A stretch of DNA of 64,000 nt, from NCBI GenBank assembly GCA_964016885.1, contig OZ024744.1:62992001-63056000 (forward strand), written 5' to 3'. Position numbers and translations under genes: made by a program. Numbering within the stretch: the stretch's first letter is position 1; every line of letters begins with the position of its first letter. Shown here piece by piece: positions 26,948 to 40,029 of the stretch. This DNA is from Eledone cirrhosa. Taxonomy: Eukaryota. A model generated the notes under the pieces. It was not told the DNA's origin. It did no database searches and worked only from the letters and a program-made list of their open reading frames with translations.

Positions 26948-27751
26948 CAGAGGTTCTCAAAGTGGGCGTTATGACCCCACCGGGGGGCATTGGGAAGGTA
27001 CAGGGGTCGCTGGGGCCTATGGGGCCTAAGATGGCAGTTGAGATGATATAATAGTATATTAAATATCAAATGATACATATTATATATAATTATAGTAAAA
27101 TAAAAAATATATATTATTTATACATAGTATACGTGTATATTATATTTATTTATTATATATAAATTATCGATTTTATTTATTATATATTACTAACAGAAAA
27201 ATATATAAGCATTATAGCTACTAGCAGAAAAACCACCCTACGGGTGGTTTTCTGCTAGCCTGTGTAGTGTGTATATTGATATTATACACAAGTATATATA
27301 CATGTAGATATGATACATCAAATAAAATCGTAATTGACAATATACACAGAAATTGAACGAAGTCTGTCTTATGTAATCAGTAACGTAATCCATTGACAGA
27401 AATATATGATTGTTTATTTAAGTGATCGCTAACCGGAAGTGTTGATATTTGAAAATTTTAAAGAAGTGAATCTTAAAATAAGTGACAAAATTATTTATAT
27501 TTAATCAATAATAATGAAATTTAGTAGATACATTATGTAATATTCATTCATTATTTATTCAAAGTAATCCAACTTATTTTACAAACGGAATAGAAAAATA
27601 TATTCTGGACTCTGTTCCACACTCCTCCCTTTATTATAGTTTAGATTAACAATTTGCGTGTAGGCAGGTCTCTCTGGAAATAGGCTTGGGGCGTTGAAGG
27701 TATTATGTGGCTGTGAGGTGGGCAGTGGCCCAAAAAGTTTGAGAACCTCTG
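26948..27751. mobile_element. hAT-type MITE
   Basis: TIR CAGAGGTTCTCAAA / TTTGAGAACCTCTG; 8-bp TSD GTATAAAT / GTTTAAAT; interrupts a SINE head. Confidence 0.85.
27221..27645 (-). mobile_element. Non-autonomous Helitron
   Basis: Minus-strand 5' end TCTAAACTATAATAAAG; 3' hairpin ending in CTAG; second copy at 39547-40029. Confidence 0.75.
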
Positions 27752-28523
27752 GTTTAAATGGTCATTTCGTAATCTTAAGGTCCCAGATTCGGTCACACTG
27801 CATGACATCTTGGGCAAGTCTCATTTACCATAGCCTTAGATCAGTCCAAGCCTTGTGAATGAAATTAGATGAAGAGAAACTGTTTGGAGGTCTAACAAAT
27901 GGACTGTACTTGTAATTCAAAAGGCTAGCCTTGTTATATACTATGTCATGCTGAGTCTCCCTAAGAATTATGTTAAGAGTAGATGTATATGGAATACTGA
28001 GCCATTTACACTATAATTGTTTCTACTTTTTGACACAAGGCGAGCAATTATCCCAGTGCATTACTGGTACTTTATTTTATCGATCCTGTAAGGATGAAAA
28101 GCAAACTTAACCTTGGCGTGATTTCAATTCAGAACGTAATGGGCCATAACTATATGTTGCATGGCATGGTGTCTGACATTCTACCAATACTGCCAATCTA
28201 TTGCCCTATACACTATAATTGTTTCTACTTTTGGCACAAGGCCAGCAATGGTACTTTATTTTATCGACCCCGTAAGGATGAAAGGCAAAGTTAACCTCAG
28301 CCGGATTTGAACTCAGTAATACATGATAGATTGTACCTGTAATTCAAAAGCAGTCATGTCACACAATGTGTCATCTGGAATCTCTTTGGGAATTAGGTCA
28401 AGGGTACACATGTCTCTGAAATACTCAGCCACTTACACTATCACACAAGATGGACATTACATGCTATTCAAAGGCCAGCCTTATCACACCACAGTGTCAT
28501 ACTGAATTTCCTTGAGAATTACA

Positions 28524-28730
28524 TTAACCCTTTATCATTTTCATTACTCCATATGCACTATTATATTTTCATGGTAAAGGCTTTATTTCATATAATTATC
28601 TCACATAATATTGAATCTACGATATGATTCATTTTAAGAACAATACCTTAACATCAGTATGAGTGGCCAGTTATGGCGGGTTTGAACAGAAAAAGGTGAG
28701 AGAATTCTGGTTTAAATGCTTAAGTGTTAA
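28524..28730. mobile_element. piggyBac-like MITE inserted in a SINE
   Basis: TTAA at both ends; the host SINE sequence GAGAATTACATTAA|GGGTACACAT is restored on removal. Confidence 0.8.
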
Positions 28731-30689
28731 GGGTACACATGCCTGTGGAATACTATCTATCTATCATTTTTTCTTTTCTATCTATCATTTTTTCTTTTCT
28801 CTATCTTTCTTTCCTTCTTTCTTTCTATTTTTTTTTAAAAAGCAGTGTTACAATAATTGGTTCCATTGCACCCAAGGCCCATGTGGTGATTTTAAACTGA
28901 GTGATAGATTAAAGCAACCATTGAAATAGACCATAAGGGGATTTGAACATGGAAACCAAAATGCTGATATTTTGAAACACAATTTTTAATGAAAGAGAAA
29001 GGAAAGACGAAGATTGACAGAGGGGGAAGATGTAGCTGAGTGTCAGTACGGGGTGGTAATAGAAAATAAATAGGAGTATGGTGGAGTAAACACACACACA
29101 CACACACACATACACATACACAGGGGCAGTGAAACTGGGGAGGGAGGGGAAGATCTCCCCTAATAATTATATTTCTCTCCACAAACTACCAAAACACACA
29201 TCTATTTGTATATACGATACAATTTATGTACATGTTATGTTTATCACATATCAAAGTTTTTTATATTTTGGTTGGTATTTGATAATAACAGCTAAACTAA
29301 TCACAACTAAATTTACCAAATTTGACCCCGCTCAAATTCAAAAATGCTTCCACTTCCCCTGATACAGACATGCATACATGCACACACAGACTGATGCTCA
29401 TGCACACAGACACATACTCATACATACACACACTCATACATACAGATATACACACTCATATATATACACTCTAATACATACAGACAAACACTCATACATA
29501 CAGACACACATAATAAATGCCTTGCCCTGTTATTAACCACAAACTGCAAATACCAGTGGCTTGCTTAAAGGCAAAATATTTTACTCAAGCTGAAAGCATA
29601 TACCTATTTAATCTGATACATCAGTTGAAACCATCGTTTGTTGTCTGCTTATTTGTTGTGTTATAGAACCACTCAGAAGGAAAATTTTGAACTGAAAATT
29701 TGCCAGATCATCTGAGATCTTATCATTATTATTGTTAGGACAGTGGGTTGGCAGTAATTACAGTGGAGAATCAGACTGTATCAGTACAGTGGGCTGGAAG
29801 TATTAGTAGAGCATTGGACAACATAAACTTACATCTTCCCTTTATGTTCTGTGTTCAAATCCCCCAAGTACCAGTAATGCATTGGGGCTGATTTTATCCA
29901 TTTTGTCCTCCACCCAAAATTGTTGGCCTTGTGCCTAAATCAGAAACCATTATTGCTATTATTAAAGACGGTGCATTGACAGTATCGGTAGGGTGTCAGA
30001 CAGCATAGAGTTATGGCCCTTTACGTTCTGAGTTCAAATCCCACTGAGGTTAGCTTTGCTTTTCATCATCCTTACGGGGGTCAATAAAATAAAGTACCAG
30101 TAATGCACTGGGGACCGATTTAATCCATTTTGTATGCCCCCACCCTCCACAAAAAAAAAAATTGTTGGCATTGTGCCTAAAAGTAGAAACAATTATTATT
30201 ATTATTACTAGTGTAACATTTATTGTTTATTTGATTTTTAAATATTTTTATTTTGTAAACCCCCACTATGTCTTGTAAATAATCCTTCTATTGTCCCCAA
30301 AGTCTTGAGCCCCTGTGGCCAATAAAAAAGATTATTATTATTGTATATATATATATCCATATATATGTATATTTTTTTTTACACCATTTATTCTTACCAA
30401 CAAGGTAAATACTGAGATCAGCATACTATAAATTATTAAAATGAAAAATGGTATATGTTGTAGAATAGAATTTTCTGCTCAATTTGACACTGGAATATAT
30501 CATGAATATACATTTAAGATGTTTTAATAATAGTAATGATAATAATAACTAGAATACAGTAAATATAAATCCTTTATTATCTATTATCATATATGACATA
30601 TATATATATAACATATATAAATATATATATTATTGTTAGCGTGGAAGATGGATGTTAAATGATGATGGTGATGATGATGATAAATATAC

Positions 30690-30754
<65 letters not shown>

Positions 30755-31368
30755 ATCCTGTAAAAGGTTATAGGTTATAGAATATAATACTCTGCTCAAT
30801 TTCACACTGGAATATCTTGTCTTCATAAATATACATTCAAGACAATAATTGGAATATGGTAAACACAAATCCTTTATCATTTTATTATTTATCTATTTAT
30901 TCTTTTTGATGATCATTATTTCTCATAAGAAAATTCCTTCGAATAATAATAAGAAAACCCCAGAAGGAAATTATATTATCTAGTTGGCAGAAACTGGCCT
31001 TGAGCTACATACAATTAATTAAACCTTCTGCCTGTTGTTCTCTTGTACATACAAACTTTCAAGTCGGTTATAACAACACTGCTCTTGGACATTTTGGCTA
31101 ACTTTCATTAAATTTGGTTTTATTGATGCTTTTTTGGAAATTGTCCATGGAAATAATAATCATTTGACTCTCATTTTATGATCATCTAACCAATTACAAT
31201 AGCTTTTATGTTTCTTTTTTTTTCCCATCTATTTTTATTCAATTTATTTTTTCTTTCCTTGCTACATTGGCGTGTGTATTGTGACTGTATGGACAATGGT
31301 CTATTTCTGATACACACACATACATACATATATACATTACCCTTCAATCTTTCTAATTTCACATTCTT

Positions 31369-31404
31369 TCTTCTGATGAAGGACTAGTGTCTGAAACGTT
31401 AAGA
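31369..31404 (+). ncRNA. Minimal Penelope-type hammerhead motif
   Basis: TCTT-CTGATGA-A-GGAC tagt GTCT-GAAA-CGTT-AAGA. Palindromic AACGTT replaces stem III (dimer type); 4-bp stem I. Confidence 0.5.
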
Positions 31405-31530
31405 CCCTCTTCCTGCTATTTCAAGCATTATACTAATATATTCCTTCCATATACTGTACCGATTGTGTTGTTATTTCTGTTTACCTTTTACACACACACA
31501 CATATATATATGTATATATACATATATATT

Positions 31531-32215
31531 CTAGCTGGGGTACCCAGCTTCGCACAGGAGAACAGTTAAGAGTAGTCGGATTAAAGAAAAAACGACTGTA
31601 TTGGATGTGTTGTCTGGTATGAGGTGAGACCGTAATGTGTGAGTGTGAGTGTGAGAGAGTGACATAAAAAAAATCAATCATAAAACTTCCTTATTAGGCT
31701 GGGGGATTAAACTGCTAATTAAATGGTAGCATTGGCCTTGGATTTTAAATGTGAAATAACAATAGTTAGTAGGATCTTTTTCAGCTCCAAAGGACGTCAT
31801 CTGAAACACAGCAATATACCGCATAACATTGCTTCTGAAGTGTTTAACCTCATTAGTACAGACTGTAAGTAGTATATGGATAAAAGCTGGAGGGTAAATT
31901 AATTTCAAATAGTATCAATTTTTCTTTGTTCTGTAAAAATCAAAGACTGTAAAACGATTTTATAAAAGCTAATGTAATATTGTTAAACCTTCCTATAGAT
32001 GAAAGGATCTATAGTTTAAGCCACTTCTAGACTTTTGTGGGACGTTACTCTCTCTCTCTGAATATCTAACACTTTAATTGTATCTCTCTCTGTATAACGA
32101 CCTCTCTCTCACTTTCTGCCTCTCTCTCTTTGTGTCTCTCTCTTTAGATGTGTGTGTAGTTTTTGTGTGATTTAACCAACCAACCAATCAATAAATATCT
32201 TTCTTATATATATAG
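31531..32215 (-). mobile_element. Non-autonomous Helitron
   Basis: CTAG plus degenerate GC hairpin at 31531-31560; minus-strand 5' end CTATATATATAAGAAAGAT..(TTGG)n. Confidence 0.6.
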
Positions 32216-32453
32216 TGGTAGAACACTGGAAGGTAATATCCGTAGTGGTAGAGCACTCAGTCCATGGGACGAGTTTGGTAGAAGTAGTAACACAACAGTT
32301 AGTTCACCATTCTGAGAACAATTGTTTCACCTTAGCGGATCTTCATCCGCTAAGGTGAAACAATTGTTCTCGGTATGGTGAACTAACTGTTGTGTTACTA
32401 CTTCTCTCTCTCTATATATATATAGTTATGTAATAAACAACATAAGGCAATTA

Positions 32454-32513
32454 TTCCATTTACCAGTGGTTTCTTAAAAGCAAAAAATTTTGCTTTCAAT
32501 CATCAGAATGAAA
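32454..32513 (-). ncRNA. Type I hammerhead ribozyme, copy 1 of tandem pair
   Basis: Minus strand reads TTTCATT-CTGATGA-TTGAAAGCAAAA tt TTTTGCTTTTAA-GAAA-CC act GG-TA-AATGGAA; all three stems pair and the triplet is GTA. Confidence 0.85.
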
Positions 32514-32666
32514 AAATCCTGGTCAATTTATTGATATTGGATTCTAAAAACAAAAATGCAATCTATATGAAAGTGAGGCTGGAGAAGGAAGAAGGAAAGG
32601 AAAAATAAAATAAAATAAAAACACACATGCAAACACACACACACACACACACACAATTATATACAT

Positions 32667-32757
<91 letters not shown>

Positions 32758-33575
32758 ATACAATAACAGAGAAAGCTTTAAGCTAAATTCCGACTGGTAA
32801 CCATCTCACTCAACAAACATTAGGTTATACGTTAGTATAATCCCAATTTAGTGTATGGGGTGCTAACTATATGTATTTTGTGGAAAGCCAGTTGTATTAT
32901 TTTATATGAGATATAATTAAAGTTAAAAATATATATATATACATACACTCATACATACACACACACATATACACATATATATGTGTGTATATATACACAC
33001 ATACACATACATATACATATACATACATACACACATAAGTATCAACATATCCATGCATACACATACATATATACAACCACACACACATATATACACACAT
33101 ATATATAGAAATATAAATATATATATATATATATATATGCATACACATACACATACATAGCCATACACACATACATATACATACATACACACAATCATAC
33201 CTATATACACACGTACATACATACACATACATAAATGCATACATATGTATGCACAAAATTAGAAAAATATACACACACCTCTACATATTCACACACGCAA
33301 ATAAATATAAGAAAAAATATATATAAAATAATAAAATAAAATAAAGACTGTTATAAAGTCGACAGCGATACAGGTAACAAATAAATAAACAAACACACGT
33401 GGTAAGCAATACACACAAATGCACGTACACATACATTCGTAAAAATAAATACATACACACACTCTCACACATAAATATACATATTACAAATACATAAACA
33501 CATACGTACGCATACACAAATACATACACAAACACACACACACACACATATACATATATACACACACATATACAT

Positions 33576-33618
<43 letters not shown>

Positions 33619-33860
33619 CACATATATATATATATACACATACACATATATATATATATACACACACATACATACATAGCCATACAATTATACACATACA
33701 AATACGTACATATCACAAACACGCACAACCAAATACAAACACACACACATATATATATATATGTGTGTAAAACTTAATCCTAGATAATTCATATGAACCT
33801 TATTTAACTCTAAAATATACATATATATATAGTTATGTAATAAACAACATAAGGCAATTA

Positions 33861-33920
33861 TTCCATTTACCAGTGGTTTCTTAAAAGCAAAAAATTTTGC
33901 CTTCAATCGTCAGAATGAAA
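33861..33920 (-). ncRNA. Type I hammerhead ribozyme, copy 2 of tandem pair
   Basis: Identical to 32454-32513 except CTGACGA (free N7 position) and an A>G change giving G.U in stem II. Confidence 0.85.
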
Positions 33921-34199
33921 AAATCCTGGTTTATCCATATATATATACACACATATATATATATACACATACACATACCTACACATACATTTTGGTATGT
34001 GAAGTGTAAGGCAAAAAAAAAAAAAAAAATAGGGGGAAAAGGAGGGGGGAAAAATGACATAGGAAAAGGTTAAATATAAGGGGAGATAAGGGAGAAAGAG
34101 AATACAAGAGTACAGAACGTGGATTCAGCAGGTAAAAAAACCATAGTAGAAGTAAAGAGCAGGAAAGGAGTTCAAGGCGGTTGAGTTATCATAGGAATG

Positions 34200-35228
34200 T
34201 CAATCCAGTTACAGATCAGATGTGATTTCAGATGAGGACAACATCAGAAGATCTCGGTCTTTGAATTCAGGCAAGCAGAAGTGGCTCTCAAGTTTAACAA
34301 AATCCTATATTTTTTTGTGGTACACAAAGAACAATTCTTTGTGCCCCTTTGGTACTCCCTCGAATGGTCTAAAATAGACCAATCGATAGAGTACGAGATG
34401 TTATTATCCTTGAATTCTCACACCTTACTTGCGAGGGCCGTTGTTGTTCATTTATCGGAGTGCTTAAAAGAAACGACATGTGAGTAAAACCTGGTTTTAA
34501 ACCTGTCCTGGGTCATGCCGACATATCGCTCACTCCTGGCTGGCTGGTTGTTGACTAACGGTGTTATTTTAGCCTCATAAACAACAGATTTGGTGTTACA
34601 TTTGCCCTGCAATAGGCATTCATCCGGTTTCCTGCAACTGCATCCTGGATTTGTTCTCGTATGATTTGAACTAGTGATCTTGGACTTCATAGATGGGCAA
34701 CAAGAGTAACTGATCTTAACTATGCTCCTATTAAATATCTTATAATATCTATGATTAGGAGGAAAATGTTTATCTAAGAGTTCAAGGAATTTCCTTCCTA
34801 CATTAGTTTTGACAGTTAGAGAGAAGGGGGTGTGAACCAAATAATTTTCCTTTTCCTGTTATTGTGGTTAGTATTTTTTTTTTGGGGGGGGAGTAGGTAA
34901 ATAAAAAATGTTTTCTGTAAAACCGCTGTTCTTAAGGGCTTTATTATAATAAGGGGCGGCTTTATTAAAAATGTCTATAGACGAAGATAAGGTAGAAATC
35001 CTACGGCTAATGTTGGGAATAAGATTATTAAAAACTATAGGGGGATGGCAAGACTCTTTGTGTATATACCTAAGATTTTCATTAGGTTTATGATAAGGTT
35101 TAAAAGAGGCGGTAAGTAGATCAAGATTAATATCAAGAAAGTTAGCATTGGTAAGGTTCGTATCTATCGTAATTTTAAGGTTAAGATTAGCAAAAGTATT
35201 GATTAAATCTTTACGGAATTTATCAAGC
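34200..35228 (-). mobile_element. Penelope-like element fragment (RT thumb + GIY-YIG endonuclease; Naiad-like)
   Basis: KISYSCCPSMK, CSCRKPDECLLQGKC, VVYEAKI, YVGMTQDRFKTRFYSH and C-terminal LNSKTEIF*CCPH; stops and frameshifts. Confidence 0.85.
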
Positions 35229-35639
35229 TATATATATACACATATATATATATATAGCTGACTAACAATATGTGTTTTCTCCTCTTTTCATTTTCCATGT
35301 TTTGTTTTTTGTCTCATCTATCTTCTTTCTCTTCTTTCTCTCAAACATCTCTTCCAATGAAGGACCTGCAGCCAAAATAGTAAGACTCTTTTTCTACTCT
35401 ATCAAGTTATAACTAATATACCATTATTGTATATTATTGTCCTCTTGAACTGTTTATCTCTTGTTGACTTTCCTCATACACGCACATATAAACACACATA
35501 CACACATACACACACACACATGCACACATATATATAGTTCAAAATGACAAACAAACAAACGCAGGAGTCAATGGTACATAGTGTTATTAGCTTCACACTT
35601 GGTGAGAATGGAGGAGGATGGGGATATATATATGTATAT

Positions 35640-36335
35640 ATCATCATCATCATCGCCCTCATCATCATCACCCTCATCATCTTCATCATTTTCATCATTT
35701 TCATCACTGTTTAATGTCCATTTTCCATGCTAGCATAGCTTAAACGAGTTGTTCTGTTGTGAGATGGGCCAGGTCAGGTGACCATGTCTTGCTCATACAG
35801 AACTGAGTTTGGCTTGGTTTCTACAGCTGGATACCCTTCCTAACACCAACCTCATTTACAGTGAGTACTGGGTGCTTTACAGTGTGGACTGGGCACCTTT
35901 TGTCGTGACACATACACAACCACCTCACAGTGTAGGCTTGGTATTTTTTGTTGTGACACCTACACAACCACATTACAGGAAAGGTGTGTGGGGATTAAGG
36001 TGGGAAGATAGGTGTGTGTGAGGGGTGGAGTGTTATGACGTGGAATGTTATGATGTCGATGTGTATGGCGGAGGGGTGAAGGTGGTGCATACCAAATGTA
36101 TACTTTAGCCTGTGCTCATAGGAAGGTGAGTCTTCTGTATTACTGCATAATGCCAGAGATTTTGGCCTTTCAGAGGTGCAATTGCGCAAGGTCAATTTTT
36201 ATCACCTCATCCCAAGTCTTCCTAGGTCTTCTGTCAACTTTGAGTGCTCTGCACCTTTTTATACAGCTGCCATCCTTCATACGCACCACATAACCATACA
36301 AACGCAATCTCCTCTCCTGCACAATATATCTGATT
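35640..36335 (-). mobile_element. Degenerate RTE LINE 3' fragment with tail
   Basis: ERRLRLYGYVVRMKDGSCIKRC..RPRKTWDEVI; shared 3' UTR motif; (GAT)n tail. Confidence 0.8.
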
Positions 36336-37136
36336 TCATTACATTTATCTTTTGCCATTCATGTATACTATTATATTAGAGGAAGGAGCTGACCAGCTCA
36401 TAGTACGACAGCCAAAAATACCAGAGTATCATGTTCATTGAAGCTACTCTTAAAGGTGAACTAGTATATCATTTTAAAAGAGCTTTAGAAAAAAAATTAA
36501 CCTTAGGATTAAAATAGTTGAAAAGCCAGTATCTACCATAAAATCCTGGATCAGTAGGACATATCCTTTTACGAAAACACTCAGACAAAGTACAGAGGCC
36601 ACACACATAATAGAAGACAGACCTATCCTGAACCGAAAACACGAGTTGAATAGTAACAACCCACAACTTAATGACTGAAGACAGAATAACAACACAAACA
36701 AACAAAAAAAAAAATTCACAAGCAGTAAAACAGCAAATGATACAAACCCACACATACATAAAACACACATAGATGTGACAAACACATACACACACTGAAG
36801 CAGGCGCAAACACAAAAGATGGAGTAGAAGTTTAAGACCAGCAAAAAGAGGCGGCACAAAACAGATAATCATTGAGGAGCTACAGAATTTGTTAGAAAAG
36901 AACTCTGATAAGCAAATGAATAATGAACAATAAAGATAAAGAGAAAATTATACAGTGAGTGTGCTTCATTGCGACCAGTGCTTTTAGAAAATAACACCAA
37001 ATTTCAGCGCTGAGTTTATAAAAAAATTGAAATAACAAAAGTAAGCTTTATTCCATAGTTATGCTTTTCTGTTTAAATTCATAATAGCGACTATGAATAA
37101 ACAAAGTTAATTTTAACCTGTTGATTTACACTTCTT

Positions 37137-37169
<33 letters not shown>

Positions 37170-37172
<3 letters not shown>

Positions 37173-39137
37173 GCCAGGAGGGAAGCTAGGAGACAAGTGT
37201 ACTTAGCAAGAAGGGAAGCTGAGGAAAGAAAGTTCAAGCATGTTCTACAACGCGATGACCAAAAACGTGAGGTGTTCAGGATTGCTAGGCAATGCGTCAA
37301 GGAAAACCGTGATATTGTCGGGGAGAAGTGTGTACTAAACGACGATGGCACACTTGCCATCACCGACGCTGATAAGAAGGTAGCTTGGAAGTGTCACTAT
37401 GAAAGGCTACTAAATGAGGAGAATAATTGGGAGAAAGGCAGTCTCCCCCATATCGACCCAATAGAGGGACCAGCAGTGTTAGTCGAGGGGAGTATAATAA
37501 GTAAGGCAATCAAGGATATGAAGACTGGTAAGGCGGCTGGGCCTTCGGAAATAGTTGCTGAGGTGCTGAAGGCATCTGGCACGGTGGGACACACCATGGT
37601 CACCCGCATAGTTAACCAAGTCGTACAGAATGGGGTTGTTCCGAAGGACTGGCATAGCAGCATCATCGTTAACTGTTATAAGGGTAAAGGAGACGCCCTA
37701 GATAGGAGTAACTATAGAGGCATTAAATTAATCGACCAGGTCATGAAGGTCACGGAAAAAGTAATAGCGCAACTAATCAGAGAGAGAATTGACCTAGATG
37801 AAATGCAGTTCGGGTTTGTGTCAGGCAAAAGTACCACAGACGCTCTTTTCATAGTACGACAACTACAGGAGAAGTACCTTGCTAAAGGTAAACCCCTCTA
37901 CTTAGCTTTTGTCGACTTGGAGAAAGCCTTCGACAGAGTCCCCCGCTCCATTATCTGGTGGGCTCTTAGAAAACTAGGCGTTGACGAATGGCTTGTGAGG
38001 GCTATACAAGCCATGTATAAAGAAACAGTCAGCAAGGTTAGAATTAACAACGAATATAGTGAAAAGTTTAGCGTAAAAGTTGGCGTCCATCAGGGCTCTG
38101 TTCTCAGTCCACTACTATTTATTATTGCCCTTCAGGCTATAACAGAGGAGTTCAAGACAGGCTGCCCATGGGAACTCCTATACGCAGACGACCTGACACT
38201 CATAGCGGAATCAATGGCCGAGCTAGAGAAGAAATTCCAAACATGGAAGCACGGCCTAGAGTCAAAAGGACTTAAAATTAACCTGGCTAAGACCAAAGTA
38301 CTAGTTTGTAGGAAAGAAAACAAGGCGGCGGTCCCTTCTGGGAAATGGTCGTGCTCGGTGTGTAGGAAAGGCGTAGGTAGAAACTCCATTTTATGTCCTA
38401 AATGCAAAGTATGGGTGCATAAAAGATGTAGTGGGATCAAAGGTAAGCTAACTAAGAACATAGATTTTACATGTGGCCGGTGCTCTGGTGCAATAAGTAG
38501 CAGCAAGTGCCCACAAACTACTAGCTCTTTCAATTGCGCAGAGGGTTCTATAGAAATAGTGGACAGCTTCCGTTACCTGGGCGATAAAATCAGCAGTGGG
38601 GGAGGGTGCTCTGAAAGTACTGTAGCTAGAGTCAGAACTGGTTGGAAAAAGTTCAGAGAGCTTATACCACTATTAGCTGCTAAAGGGTTCTCACTAAAAA
38701 TGAAAGGCAGGTTGTACGATGCCTGCATACGAACAGCAATGCTGCATGGCAGTGAGACCTGGGCATTGTGTGCAGAGGATATACGCAGACTAGAGAGGAA
38801 CGAAGCTTGCATGCTCCGCTGGATGTGTAACAGTAATATACGTGAACGGCAAAGCATAAACGAACTAAGGAAAAAATTAGAGATAAGAGGGATCAGATGT
38901 TGTTTACTCGAGAGAAGGCTACGTTGGTATGGACACGTGATGCGCATGAAAGTCGATAGCTGTATAACAAAGTGCAGGGCAATAAAGATAGACGGTAGTC
39001 ACGGAATAGGCAGACCTAGAAAAACCTGGGACGAGCTGATAAACTCCGACATCACACACTTACACCTCTCCAAGACAATGTCACTGGACCGAGACCTTTG
39101 GCGGTACTCAGTAACAGAGAAGACCCGCCTTACCTAA
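37170..39137 (+). CDS. Non-LTR reverse transcriptase with PHD-like finger (uninterrupted 655 aa, N-terminally truncated)
   Basis: NYRGIKL, QFGF, FVDLEKAFD, GVHQGSVLSP, LLYADD, CSVC..CPKCKVWVHKRC..CGRC, FRYLG. Confidence 0.95.
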
Positions 39138-39529
39138 ATATATAGTAAAACCTACTCCAGCCAGTAGGCATCTCTAACAAAATACACCCCGTCCCACCAC
39201 CACCACCCGATCCACACCACCCTGTTCTATGTAAAGTTATGTTGGTGCCGCGCCATCGAGGCCGAAACAAATGAGATCGTGTAGGTGTCACAACAAAAAA
39301 ACACACAGTCCACGCTGTAATGTGGCCGTGTAGGCAACACGGTAAAAACCTCCCAGACCCACACTGTAAATGTGGTTGGTGTTAGGAAGGGCATCCAACT
39401 GTAGAAAACCTGCCAGACAGTCCTATGCGAGCAAGACAATCACTCTTGCCTCAAGTGGGACTACCCCCGTCCAAACCCATGCAAGCGTGGAACACGGACG
39501 TTAAACGTTGATGATGATGATGATGATGA
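37170..39529 (+). mobile_element. 5'-truncated RTE-type LINE with 3' UTR and (GAT)n tail
   Basis: Starts at a (TA)n tract; open RT ORF; 3' UTR 39138-39529. Confidence 0.95.
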
Positions 39530-39546
39530 TATAAGCATTGTACCTA

Positions 39547-40029
39547 CTAGCAGAAAAACCACCCTTTGGGTGGTTTTCTGCTAGCATGTGTAGTGTGCAT
39601 ATAGATATTATACGCAAGTATATATGCATGTAGATATGATACATCAAATAAAATCGTAATTGACAATATACACAGAAATTGAATGAAGACTGTGTTACAC
39701 TGTCTTATGTAATCAGTAACGTAATCCATGATACATTTAAAAAAGACGATATTATATATAAACTGCATCAGGAGAAAATTAGTGACGGAAATATATGAAT
39801 GTTTATATAAGCGATCGCTAACCGGAAGTGTTGACATTTGAAGATTTTAAAGAAGTCAATCATTAAATAAGTAATAAAATATATTTAATCAAAAGCTTCG
39901 AAATTTAGCAGATAAATTATGTAATATTCATTCATTATTTATTCAAAGTAATCCAACTTATTTTACAAACGGGATAACAAAATATATTCTGGACACTGTC
40001 CTGCACTCCTTTCTTTATTATAGTTTAGA
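39547..40029 (-). mobile_element. Non-autonomous Helitron (copy of 27221-27645)
   Basis: Same 5' TC end and CTAG hairpin; ~55 bp of extra internal sequence. Confidence 0.75.

Noticed and set aside
37397-38947. Antisense ORFs over LINE and Helitron ORFs (also 53222-56460 and 60796-62487)
   Set aside because: Shadow frames of the true TE coding strand.
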